A stretch of 50,252 bases of DNA, taken from positions 1 through 50,252 of the forward strand of contig JBHGAX010000003.1 in the NCBI GenBank assembly GCA_041946635.1. Direction: 5' to 3'. The stretch is from Candidatus Methylomirabilales bacterium (GTDB lineage: Bacteria > Methylomirabilota > Methylomirabilia > Methylomirabilales > 2-02-FULL-66-22). Below are positions 18,707 to 27,419 of this stretch, in pieces. Position numbers and translations under genes: made by a program. How positions within the stretch are numbered: the first letter of the stretch is position 1; every line of letters begins with the position of its first letter. Under the pieces are notes generated by a model. That model did not search any database. It was given only the letters and a program-made list of their open reading frames with translations, and was not told where the DNA came from.

Positions 18707-19513
18707 GTGATCCTTGCTCCATTAAGCGGCCAGTTGAGCCCGTTGGGAGTTGCATCGCGGAGCGTCCTTCCTGCGGGCGATGATCCGTGGGTGCCCACGA
18801 GCGTGCCCGGTTGCCGGCTCTGGCTGGACTCCGGGAGGATCACTGGGAAGGTGGACGGCAATCCGGTAGAAGCCTGGCAGGACGAGAGCGGCCAGGCGAA
18901 TCACGTGAACCAGGTCGAAGAAACGAGGCTGCCGGTCTACAAGACCAACGTCTTGAATGGGCAACCCGTTGTACGGTTCGACGGCGCGGATGACTTCCTT
19001 GCCAGTGCCGGATATCAAACGGGCGAAGCCCTGACGGTATTCTTTGTATGTGCCAGACCGTGGAACGTCGCGAGCTACCGCGCCGTGTTTGCGAAGGGGT
19101 ATGGGGCCGCCCCTTATCCTGGAGTCGCTGTGTATCAGGTAGGCGGCGCGTTCGAGGATTGGCAGCCCAAAGACATTGTGGTTTTGGGGAATGGGTATCC
19201 CAATACACGGTATCCCCGTGCAGTGGGAGCGCCTGGACTGCTTGTAGATGGCACGTTCTACATTGTCGCGGTTCAGCTAGGCGCCGCACTCTCGCGGTTT
19301 TGGCTGAACGGCGCCGTTCAGAGCGTCATTGAGCGGACTGCAGCCGTTCCCGTTGACACGAATCCGTTTACCATCGGCGCGAAACAGGGCGGGAGAGACC
19401 ATTGGGATGGCGACATCGCCGAAGTGATCTACTACGACCGCGCGCTGACGGTTGAGGAAATGGCACAGGTCGAACAGTACTTGGCCACTAAGTACGGGAT
19501 CGCGCTTGCGTAG
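18707..19513 (+). CDS. LamG/concanavalin A-like domain virion protein
   Basis: LWLDS, WQDESG, NGQPVVRFDGADD, TIG..WDGDIAEVIYYDRALT, VEQYLATKYG; lower GC. Confidence 0.8.
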   Translation: MILAPLSGQLSPLGVASRSVLPAGDDPWVPTSVPGCRLWLDSGRITGKVDGNPVEAWQDESGQANHVNQVEETRLPVYKTNVLNGQPVVRFDGADDFLASAGYQTGEALTVFFVCARPWNVASYRAVFAKGYGAAPYPGVAVYQVGGAFEDWQPKDIVVLGNGYPNTRYPRAVGAPGLLVDGTFYIVAVQLGAALSRFWLNGAVQSVIERTAAVPVDTNPFTIGAKQGGRDHWDGDIAEVIYYDRALTVEEMAQVEQYLATKYGIALA

Positions 19514-19522
19514 GAGGCGTTC

Positions 19523-20644
19523 ATGCTGGAGCAGGTCTCCCAAGACGTCACGTTCTACGCGTTCTTTACGGCGAGCAAGCAGGGCAAGACGGGCCTCTCG
19601 CCCACTGTGGACGTATACAATCCGGCCGGCACCAAGATCGTGTCGGACGGTGTGGTCACGGAGTTGGGCGGCGGGCTGTACTCCTATGTCCTGGCGAGCG
19701 GGAGCACCGCCACGGAGGGCGAGTACACGGCGGTCTTCAAGACGGCCGACAGCACGGTGGATCAGCAGCACGTGCCCTCGCTGTGGGTGATTGGCCGTGC
19801 GGGCATCGAGGATCTGGACGCGCTGGTCTCCTCGCGGTTGGCGGCTGCGAGCTACACGGCCCCGGACAACGCGACCATCGCCGCCATCGCCGCCGCCATC
19901 ACCACCAACCTTGACGTGGCTATCTCGACCCGGCTCGCGGCGGCAGGCTACACCGCACCGGACTCCGCGGCGACCATCGCGGCGGCGGTGTGGGCCTCCG
20001 GCGTGCGGACGCTCACCAGCTTTGGGACCCTCGTGGCGGACCTCGCGGCGGCGGTGTGGGCCTACGTGACCCGGAGCCTGACGGACAAGGTGGGCTTTGC
20101 GCCCAGCGCGACCCAAAACGCGTCGGCAGTCCTCGATGTCTCGGCGGCTGACCATAAGGTGCCCGGGACCGTCGGCGCGAAGATCAATCAGGCCGGCAGC
20201 GCGGCGGACCCACTGGAAAACCTAGTGCCGGGAAGCTACACCGCAGGAACCGCGGGGGCGGCGCTTGGCCGGATTGGCTCCGGGCAGATCGTCACGTCGT
20301 CCCCCGTCGCATCGTCCGGCGCCGTCACCATCGTCCGGGGCAATGACTACGCGGCGGCCGACGGCCGGGCCCTCACCTGGACGGACGCCGGCGGGACCTG
20401 GCCCAACCTCACGGGCGCGACTGTGCGCCTCCGCGTGGCGGGCCTCAGCGTCACGGGGACCGTCGTCCAGGCGACCGGACCGGGGATCGTGCGGGTGGAG
20501 CTCACAGCCGAGCAGACCGCGGCGCAGACGCCGCGCGTCCGGGCCCCCTATGACCTGGAGGCCACGCTCAGCTCCGGGCGCGTGGTCACGCTGGTCCGCG
20601 GGCACTGGACCGTCCTGGCCGACGTGCCGGCCGCGGGGGCCTGA
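19523..20644 (+). CDS. Ala/Thr/Ser-rich putative virion structural protein
   Basis: AGGAGG RBS; repeats LD..SSRLAAA.YTAPD x2 and AAAVWA...R.LT x2; beta-rich C-terminus (YDLEAT). Confidence 0.65.
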   Translation: MLEQVSQDVTFYAFFTASKQGKTGLSPTVDVYNPAGTKIVSDGVVTELGGGLYSYVLASGSTATEGEYTAVFKTADSTVDQQHVPSLWVIGRAGIEDLDALVSSRLAAASYTAPDNATIAAIAAAITTNLDVAISTRLAAAGYTAPDSAATIAAAVWASGVRTLTSFGTLVADLAAAVWAYVTRSLTDKVGFAPSATQNASAVLDVSAADHKVPGTVGAKINQAGSAADPLENLVPGSYTAGTAGAALGRIGSGQIVTSSPVASSGAVTIVRGNDYAAADGRALTWTDAGGTWPNLTGATVRLRVAGLSVTGTVVQATGPGIVRVELTAEQTAAQTPRVRAPYDLEATLSSGRVVTLVRGHWTVLADVPAAGA

Positions 20645-20650
20645 CGCGCC

Positions 20651-21769
20651 ATGCGCTCTGCGATCATCTCCGCGCCGGTCCGGATCTTCCGCCGGCATGC
20701 CACGGTGGACCCGCATCAAGGCGCCTGGCTGGCCCTCCGCCGGCGCGTCGGGGCCCGGCCCTCCGGCATCGTGCAGTTTCCCACGCGGCGCTCCCGGCTG
20801 GACGAACTCCAGCCCGGGGAGTCGCTGCTCATCGTGCGGAAGTACGGTGGCCTCGGAGACATCCTCATCAGCTCCATGCTGTTCCCGATGCTGGCCGCCC
20901 AGTACCCGGAGATCCGCGTCACCTACGCCGTGCCGCGGCACTATCACCCGCTGTTCGAGCGGAGCGGCCTCCAGTTGCTCGCCTACGAGGATGTGTTCGC
21001 GGTTGGGACGGATTACCACCGCTCGGCCGTGCGGGACGCAGTCGTCCAGGCCTATGACCTGATCGAGGACATTTCGATCGGGTGCCACGTCTGGGAGAAC
21101 TTTTTTGTCGCGTACGGCGGGGTGGACGGGGACGGCCACGGACTCCGCTGGCGCAACCGCCTGGACATGTGGGGCCGATGGTTCGGCCTGCAGGTCGCGG
21201 CGCCGCGGACCTGCATCGTGATCCGGGAGGAGGAGCGCGCGGCCGCGCGGCGGCTCCTGGCACAGACGCTCCGCGGGATCGGCCCGGTCTGCCTGCTGGC
21301 GCCGTTCACGGCATCGCCGACGAAGAACTACCCGTGGTTCGCGGAACTGGTCGCCGGCCTCGCGGGGCGCGGCTACCGGGTGGGCCTCCTGCACAACGCC
21401 CCGGTGCCGGGACCCGTGCCCACACTCACCGGCCTCTCCCTCCGGGAGATGGGCGCGGCCTGCGCCGCGGCAGACCTGATCGTCGCGGCCGACACGGCAG
21501 CCTTCCACTGGGGCGGGATCCTCGGCACGCGGACGGTCGGGATCTTCAACGTCAACGACGGGGCGGCCTACTGCCGCTACTACCCGACGGCCGTGCCCGT
21601 GCAGACGTGTGCAAGCCCCTGCATCAACGTCCGGTATCGGGACTGCGCGCGGCACCTGTCGGCGGCCCAGCTGCCCACCGTGCCGGGGGTGGCGCTCTCC
21701 CGCTGCTACCCGCGGGCGACGGTGGACCAGATCCTGGAGGCGGTCCCGTGCATCACTGCTGCCTCCTGA
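20651..21769 (+). CDS. glycosyltransferase, GT9 (heptosyltransferase-like) family
   Basis: LIVRKYGGLGDIL, KNYP, LSLREM..ACAAADLIVAADTAAFHWGGILGTRTVGIF, PC. Confidence 0.85.
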   Translation: MRSAIISAPVRIFRRHATVDPHQGAWLALRRRVGARPSGIVQFPTRRSRLDELQPGESLLIVRKYGGLGDILISSMLFPMLAAQYPEIRVTYAVPRHYHPLFERSGLQLLAYEDVFAVGTDYHRSAVRDAVVQAYDLIEDISIGCHVWENFFVAYGGVDGDGHGLRWRNRLDMWGRWFGLQVAAPRTCIVIREEERAAARRLLAQTLRGIGPVCLLAPFTASPTKNYPWFAELVAGLAGRGYRVGLLHNAPVPGPVPTLTGLSLREMGAACAAADLIVAADTAAFHWGGILGTRTVGIFNVNDGAAYCRYYPTAVPVQTCASPCINVRYRDCARHLSAAQLPTVPGVALSRCYPRATVDQILEAVPCITAAS

Positions 21770-22740
21770 CCCCGGCGGCCCGCGATGTGTGGCGGAACAG
21801 CGGCCACGCGCTCATCGTGGCCGGGATCAAGCACCTGGTGCGCGAGGCGCAGCCCGACGCCGTGTTTCACGTGATCGACCTGATGCAGCGGGACGCCGAC
21901 TGCTGGGGCTGGGCCAGGGCGCACGCGGACAGCCTGGTGCTCTGCGGCATCCCGCGGCTGGGCTCCGACCTGCGGCGCTACCGGGACTTCGGATTCTGGG
22001 AGGATGTCCTCGCGGTCAAGGCGGCCGGCGTCAAGGTCGCGGACCTGTTCCCCGGCGTGCACGTCGCTTGGCAGCCGACCGTGGAGGCGGCCCGGGACCT
22101 GGTCCTCGTGGCCGACTGCAACCGGACCGTCCTGGCATACGAGCGCAGCCTGGACCTCGTCCTGCCGCGGGATGCCATCTTCGCGGCCGCGGCGGAGGCC
22201 CTGGGCGACCAGTACCCCGTCATGCCCTGCGGCTCCTGGTGGGCGCGGTACTGGTGGGGCATCGAGCCACGCGCGCCGGACTGCCACGTGATCGTCGTGC
22301 GGGCCGACGAGCGGGTGCCCGCCGGGGCCCTCGTGGCGTTGGCTCGGCACCAGCGGGCGCTCGCCGAGACGCGCCCGACCGTGGCCGTCACGCGCAACGC
22401 GGGGGACTTCCACCACGCGCAGGACGCCGGCCTGCAGCACGTGGCGCTCGTGACCGAGTCGGACGACCTGCTGAGGCTCCTGGCCCGGGCGGACGTGCTC
22501 GTGTCCCTCTGCGTGCACGCCACCATCCCGGCGCTCGCGTTCGGCGGGATCGGCGTGGTCAACGTGGCGATCGATTCGCGGGCGGCCGCCGTGGACGCCT
22601 TCGGGGTCGTGTCGCATCCCCTGGAGGCGCTGCAGGCCGAGCGGCTGCCAGAGGCGCAGCGGGTGTCCGGCGGCCTGGCGGCGCAGATGCATCTCTACCA
22701 GGAGCGATTCTGCCGGCTGTGGAAGGAGCGCATGTGCTGA
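21748..22740 (+). CDS. polysaccharide pyruvyl transferase-like protein
   Basis: NSGHALI (cf. NxGD), PRD, SLCVHATIPALAFG (cf. RLHxxIxA); GGAGG RBS before GTG. Confidence 0.6.
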   Translation: MHHCCLLTPAARDVWRNSGHALIVAGIKHLVREAQPDAVFHVIDLMQRDADCWGWARAHADSLVLCGIPRLGSDLRRYRDFGFWEDVLAVKAAGVKVADLFPGVHVAWQPTVEAARDLVLVADCNRTVLAYERSLDLVLPRDAIFAAAAEALGDQYPVMPCGSWWARYWWGIEPRAPDCHVIVVRADERVPAGALVALARHQRALAETRPTVAVTRNAGDFHHAQDAGLQHVALVTESDDLLRLLARADVLVSLCVHATIPALAFGGIGVVNVAIDSRAAAVDAFGVVSHPLEALQAERLPEAQRVSGGLAAQMHLYQERFCRLWKERMC

Positions 22741-23291
22741 CGCGTGAGCTGAGCCTCGAAGAGAAAGCCGCGCTCGCCCCGAAGAACGGGGGGCGGGTGA
22801 TCCCGCCCCTACGCCTGAATCTCGGCTGTGGCGCCGATTGGATGGGCGGGGGCGTGGTCAACATGGATTGCAGGAACCTCCTGCCCCCGGACGGCATGAC
22901 CTTTCTCCGAGCCGACGTCGCCGACCTCCGGGACATGTTCGCGGACGGCGCGGCCGCGGAGATCTGGGCCAAGGACGTGCTGGAGCACGTCCCCCAGGTG
23001 AAGGCCGGTGCCGTCCTGGACGAGTGGATCCGGTTGCTCGCACCGGGCGGGCTCCTCCACCTCAAGACGCCGGACCTGCAGGCGCTCGCGCGGTTCATCC
23101 TGGAGGGGCGGGCGTCGGATGAGGTCAAGGCGTACCGGGTCTATGGCGGCCAGGATTACGCCGAGAACTTCCACCGGGCCGGGTTCACGGTCGCCATGCT
23201 CTCCGCGATGCTCACGGTCCGGGGGATGGAGATCGTGTCGGCGAAGGGCCACGAGGGCACGAACCTGCTGATCACGGCGCGCAAGCGATAG
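22734..23291 (+). CDS. class I SAM-dependent methyltransferase
   Basis: LNLGCG, VNMD, DVLEHV, EWIRLLAPGGLLHLKTPD, YGGQ...H. Confidence 0.85.
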   Translation: MLTRELSLEEKAALAPKNGGRVIPPLRLNLGCGADWMGGGVVNMDCRNLLPPDGMTFLRADVADLRDMFADGAAAEIWAKDVLEHVPQVKAGAVLDEWIRLLAPGGLLHLKTPDLQALARFILEGRASDEVKAYRVYGGQDYAENFHRAGFTVAMLSAMLTVRGMEIVSAKGHEGTNLLITARKR

Positions 23292-23314
23292 CAGCACCGT
23301 ATCTGCCACAGACG

Positions 23315-23356
23315 ACGCCAGCGGAGAGTCCCGCTGGCGTTTTTCTTTGTCCACAC
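23315..23356 (+). terminator. hairpin plus U-tract element upstream of tail tube gene
   Basis: ACGCCAGCGG / CCGCTGGCGT stem followed by TTTTCTTTGTCC. Confidence 0.65.
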
Positions 23357-23383
23357 GCCGCGGGGCGAGAGGAGGGCCGAGAG

Positions 23384-23911
23384 ATGCCGCCGAGCAGCGA
23401 CAACCTGGAGCTGGGCCCCTGCAACGTCTACCTCGAGGAGAGCGCGGTCGACGTGAACGTCGGCTACCTCGGCAACGTCACGCTCAATCTCGGCTCCGAG
23501 GCCGCGCCGCTCACGGCCTCGCAGCGCGGCACGAGCCCGGTGGACAAGGTGCTCACTGGCGGCAGCGTGCAGCTGACGATCGAGTTCAAGGAGCTCACGC
23601 TGCAGAACTTCGCGCGCGCCTTTCCGCATGCGGTCTTGACCGGCGACAACGGCCGCGTGGACTTCACCAACCGGGTCGGCCTCTCGCTGCGCAGCCTCGC
23701 CAAGAAGCTCACGCTCAAGAAGATCGTGGGCGGCGTGGAGAGCGCCCTGGCCAAGGACATCCTCGTCATCCCGGAGGCCTCGCCGGTGGAGGGGGAGCTG
23801 AGCGTCGAGTTCAACGCGGAGACCCAGCGCGTCCTGGCCGCGACCTTCGAGGCCTGGCCGAACGACACCACGGGGCGCTGGGGGTACTTCGGCGACGAGT
23901 TGGCGTCGTAG
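23384..23911 (+). CDS. major tail (tube) protein
   Basis: LELGPCNVY...VGY...GTSPVD; strong RBS; precedes chaperones and tape measure. Confidence 0.75.
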   Translation: MPPSSDNLELGPCNVYLEESAVDVNVGYLGNVTLNLGSEAAPLTASQRGTSPVDKVLTGGSVQLTIEFKELTLQNFARAFPHAVLTGDNGRVDFTNRVGLSLRSLAKKLTLKKIVGGVESALAKDILVIPEASPVEGELSVEFNAETQRVLAATFEAWPNDTTGRWGYFGDELAS

Positions 23912-23944
23912 GGCGCGCCCTCACCGCCACGCAAAGGAGATCCG

Positions 23945-24343
23945 ATGCCTCCGCAGGACGAGTACCTCATCGACCTGGACGCCTTCGCCCCGGCGCCCGG
24001 GCGGACCATCAAGTTCCGGGGCCGGCTGTACCCGGTCCGGAACTTCAACGACGTGCCGCTGGACGATGCCCTCCTGCTGCTCCGGGCGGAGCAGGAGCTG
24101 CAGGGCAAGACCCCGCGCGAGCAGCTCGAGCTCGGCCTCCGCTACATGCAGATCCTCGTCCCCGACATGGACCGGGCCACGCTCGGCACCCTCTCGGCGA
24201 GTCAGATCCTCCTGGTCGTGCAGGGCGCCATGGGGGCCGCCGAGGTCCCTCCGATGGCCGGCGCGGCGCCCTCCGCCTCGGGCACCAATTCGCCCGCGTC
24301 GGCCGGTTCTACGGGTGGGGATGGTCCGAGATCCGCCGCCTGA
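23945..24343 (+). CDS. tail assembly chaperone (gpG-like)
   Basis: AAAGGAG RBS, IDLD start; low-complexity tail after VPP. Confidence 0.7.
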   Translation: MPPQDEYLIDLDAFAPAPGRTIKFRGRLYPVRNFNDVPLDDALLLLRAEQELQGKTPREQLELGLRYMQILVPDMDRATLGTLSASQILLVVQGAMGAAEVPPMAGAAPSASGTNSPASAGSTGGDGPRSAA

Positions 24344-24570
24344 GCCTCCGCCAGCTCGGGCGGTTCCTGGAGCTGATCCCGGAGATCCACGCGCAGGAGC
24401 AACTCGACCAGGCGGCGGTCGCGCTCCTGCCGATCCTGAAGGACTCGCTGCGCCGCGACCTGTTCCGTGCCTGGACGCGGGCGGCCCGGGCGGCCGAGGT
24501 CACCCCGCGCCAGGTCAATCATGACCAGGCGTGGGACAGCCTCCGCAGCATGGTGGGAGCGAGGCGTTAG
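24250..24570 (+). CDS. tail chaperone frameshift extension (gpT-like, -1 frame; start approximate)
   Basis: -1 frame reads RFYGWGWSEIRRLSLRQL with no evident RBS/start of its own; ends adjacent to tape measure ATG. Confidence 0.65.
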   Translation, partial: SDGRRGALRLGHQFARVGRFYGWGWSEIRRLSLRQLGRFLELIPEIHAQEQLDQAAVALLPILKDSLRRDLFRAWTRAARAAEVTPRQVNHDQAWDSLRSMVGARR

Positions 24571-26247
24571 ATGGCCACGCGCATCAAGTTCGCCGAGGCG
24601 CTGCTCAAGATCGTCGCGGACGACTCGGCGCTCAACAAGCAGCTCGCGGGCATCGAGAAGACCGTCGGCGAGGCGGGCAAGCGCATGGCGTCCGGCATGA
24701 AGACCGCCATGCTGGCCGTCACGGGCGCGATCACGGCGGGCGCCGGGGGCCTCGCGCTGGTCCTCAAGACGACGGCGGACGCCGGAGACCAGCTCGCGAA
24801 GATGAGCCAGCGGGTCGCGATCGGGACGGAGATCCTGTCCGGCTACAAACTGGCGGCCGACCTCGCCGGCGTGGAACTGGCGGAGTTCGGCAAGGGCCTG
24901 CAGATCCTCTCCCGCAACATCGTGGAGACCTCGCAGGGGACGGGCACGGCCAAGGACGCCTTCGCCGCCCTCGGCATCAAGGTCACCGACTCGGGCGGGA
25001 AGCTGAAGACCGCCGAGCAGATCATGCTCGAGGTCGCCGACAAGTTCTCGAAGATGGAGGACGGGGCCAAGAAGACGGCCTACGCCATGGACATCTTCGG
25101 GAAGTCGGGCGCCAACATGATCCCCATGCTGAACGCCGGCCGGGCCGCCCTGGAGGCGCAGCGCAAGGAGGCGGAGCTGTTCGGCGCCACGTTCAACACG
25201 GTGCAGGCCAAGGCGGCGGAGGAGTTCAACGACACCTTGACCAGCATCGGCGGGGCGGTCAAGGGCTTCGCCACGATGGTCGGGAACTACCTCATCCCGC
25301 TGGCAAACGAGGTCCTGGGCCGGCTCCTGGCCAAGTTGAAGGAGCTGGCCGAGTCCGGGCAGCTCCGGCTCTGGGCGGTGCAGACCGCGGAGGCGATCGT
25401 CAAAGGCTTCGTCTGGGCGGCGCAGGCCGTGGCCAAGCTGGCCGAGGCGAGCATGTTCGTGGTCAACACGTTCCGCCTGATCATGGCCGCCGCCGAGACG
25501 CTGAACGCCACGGTGATGGCTGTACTCCGCGAGCTGATGGCGATGATCGGCAAGGTCATCCAGGGGGCCGCCTGGACCGCGGAGAAGCTGGGCCTCTCGA
25601 TCGCGCAGCCACTCCGCGACGCCCAGCGCGTGATGGAGGACTGGAGCACGACGTTCGGGCACGCCGCGACCCAGGCAGCCGACAAGGCCATCGGCTGGTG
25701 GGATGCGATCGGCAAGGGCAACAAGCAGGCCGAGGAGTTCGCGACCCGGGTCAACAGCATGGCCGAGGCCTTCGAGGCTTGGGCGGGGAAGGCCATCGCC
25801 GCGAGTGTGGCGGCCGCGGCCGGCCTCGACCTGCAGACCGGCGCGATGAAGAAGGCCGCCGACCAGGCCGCCCAGATGGAGACCATCACCTATGAGGTGA
25901 ACGGCCAGACGCGGACCATGCAGGTGCCGAAGACGCCAACGTCCATCTGGTCCGGGACGGGCACCCCGCCGGCCGCGGCGGCCGCAGCGAGCGCCTTAGC
26001 CACGCCGGCGAAGGCTGCACCCGTCGCCGCAAGCCCTGCGGCGGCCGCGGCCGCGAGCGCCTCGCCCGAGGCCTTCGCGGGCAACTACCTCAAAGCGTGG
26101 GAGAGTGTGGAGACGGCGGCGACCCGGATCCTGGATGGCCTCAAGGCCAAGGCCCGCGACGCGCACAGTCAGGTGGTCGAGAGCCTGTACGACGTGGTGA
26201 AGCGCCGGCTCATCGAGGACCTGCAGGACGAGGCGGCGAGGAGCTGA
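24571..26247 (+). CDS. tape measure protein
   Basis: Helical Ala-rich sequence; DAFAALGI, AMDIFGKSGANMIPMLN; synteny. Confidence 0.9.
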   Translation: MATRIKFAEALLKIVADDSALNKQLAGIEKTVGEAGKRMASGMKTAMLAVTGAITAGAGGLALVLKTTADAGDQLAKMSQRVAIGTEILSGYKLAADLAGVELAEFGKGLQILSRNIVETSQGTGTAKDAFAALGIKVTDSGGKLKTAEQIMLEVADKFSKMEDGAKKTAYAMDIFGKSGANMIPMLNAGRAALEAQRKEAELFGATFNTVQAKAAEEFNDTLTSIGGAVKGFATMVGNYLIPLANEVLGRLLAKLKELAESGQLRLWAVQTAEAIVKGFVWAAQAVAKLAEASMFVVNTFRLIMAAAETLNATVMAVLRELMAMIGKVIQGAAWTAEKLGLSIAQPLRDAQRVMEDWSTTFGHAATQAADKAIGWWDAIGKGNKQAEEFATRVNSMAEAFEAWAGKAIAASVAAAAGLDLQTGAMKKAADQAAQMETITYEVNGQTRTMQVPKTPTSIWSGTGTPPAAAAAASALATPAKAAPVAASPAAAAAASASPEAFAGNYLKAWESVETAATRILDGLKAKARDAHSQVVESLYDVVKRRLIEDLQDEAARS

Positions 26248-26251
26248 GCCG

Positions 26252-26656
26252 ATGGCCATCTCGGCGCGTGGCACCGTCTACCTGGGGGGCGTGCGATTCA
26301 CGACCGACCCCGCCGTCTACGAGCGGCAGTGGCCGATCCGCAAGAGCGTCCACGAGGGACTGCAGGGCGCCGTCACGGTGCAGGACTTCGGGCGGTTTGC
26401 GAAGGACCTGGTGCTTCGCTTGGAGTCGGGCGAGCAGCAGCTCATGGAGCGGACGACGGTCGCGGCGCTGGACGTCATGGCGGGGACGCGCGGCGCCAGC
26501 TACACGCTCACGGACTGGACCGGCCTGGAGGCCACGGTCGTCATCCTGGCGTTCGACGCGGACCCGACGTTCGTCGGCACGCTCTACCGCTACCGCTTGA
26601 GTCTCCGGGTCCTGAGCCTCGCGAAGCTCTACGGCGCAACCTACACCGGTAGCTAG
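26252..26656 (+). CDS. putative distal tail protein
   Basis: 134-aa beta-rich ORF directly after tape measure. Confidence 0.55.
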   Translation: MAISARGTVYLGGVRFTTDPAVYERQWPIRKSVHEGLQGAVTVQDFGRFAKDLVLRLESGEQQLMERTTVAALDVMAGTRGASYTLTDWTGLEATVVILAFDADPTFVGTLYRYRLSLRVLSLAKLYGATYTGS

Positions 26657-26666
26657 GGGGGACGCG

Positions 26667-27404
26667 ATGGGCGTGCTCCTGCAGCACTTCGACAAGACCG
26701 GGGCCCTGCAGGTCACCGGGAAGAGCTGGCCGATCGCCTATCCCGGTGTGGCGAACACGCCGGAGAAGTTCTACATCCGGAACGCCGGCGACGAAGCGTC
26801 ACTGGCGCTCACGCTCACGATCACCCAGGTCGGGTCCGACGACGGCGCCAGCATGATCCGCTGTGCGCTGGACACTGCGACCGTGCTGCCCCCCTACGGG
26901 CTGGCCGCCGCGCTCTCCGCGGCCGGGGATGGCGGGGTGTGGGCGGCGACGGGGATGCAGTACTACGTGCTCACGGCCTACAACGCCACCGGGGAGACGG
27001 TCGCGAGCCTCGAGGTCGCGGTCAACGTGGACATCGCCACCAAGCGGGTGACGCTGACGTGGTCCACCGTCCCGGGCGCCACGGGGTACAAGTTGTATCG
27101 CACCACCGCCTCGGGCAGCTACGGGGCGAGCAGCCTGCGCGCCACGATCAACGGCGGGGGCACGAACACCTACGTGGACGATGGCTCCGCGACGGGCGCC
27201 GGCAGCCCGCCCACCGCCAACACGACCGCCGGCGGCGCCCCGAACTACGGCAGTGCACCGGCACTCGGCACCGGACCGCTGTCCCTGGGCGTGCTCGCCG
27301 TGGGGCAGTGGGCCTGCTACTGGATCAACCGCGTCGTGCCGGCGGGCACCCCGGGACGGGTGACGGCGCGGCAAGCGCTGCGCCGCTTCAGCGAGGCCGC
27401 CTAA
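26667..27404 (+). CDS. tail-associated protein with FN3-like insert
   Basis: YYVLTAYNATGET...VTLTWSTVPGATGYKLYR...YVDDG. Confidence 0.6.
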   Translation: MGVLLQHFDKTGALQVTGKSWPIAYPGVANTPEKFYIRNAGDEASLALTLTITQVGSDDGASMIRCALDTATVLPPYGLAAALSAAGDGGVWAATGMQYYVLTAYNATGETVASLEVAVNVDIATKRVTLTWSTVPGATGYKLYRTTASGSYGASSLRATINGGGTNTYVDDGSATGAGSPPTANTTAGGAPNYGSAPALGTGPLSLGVLAVGQWACYWINRVVPAGTPGRVTARQALRRFSEAA

Positions 27405-27419
27405 CCGGAGGGCTACACC

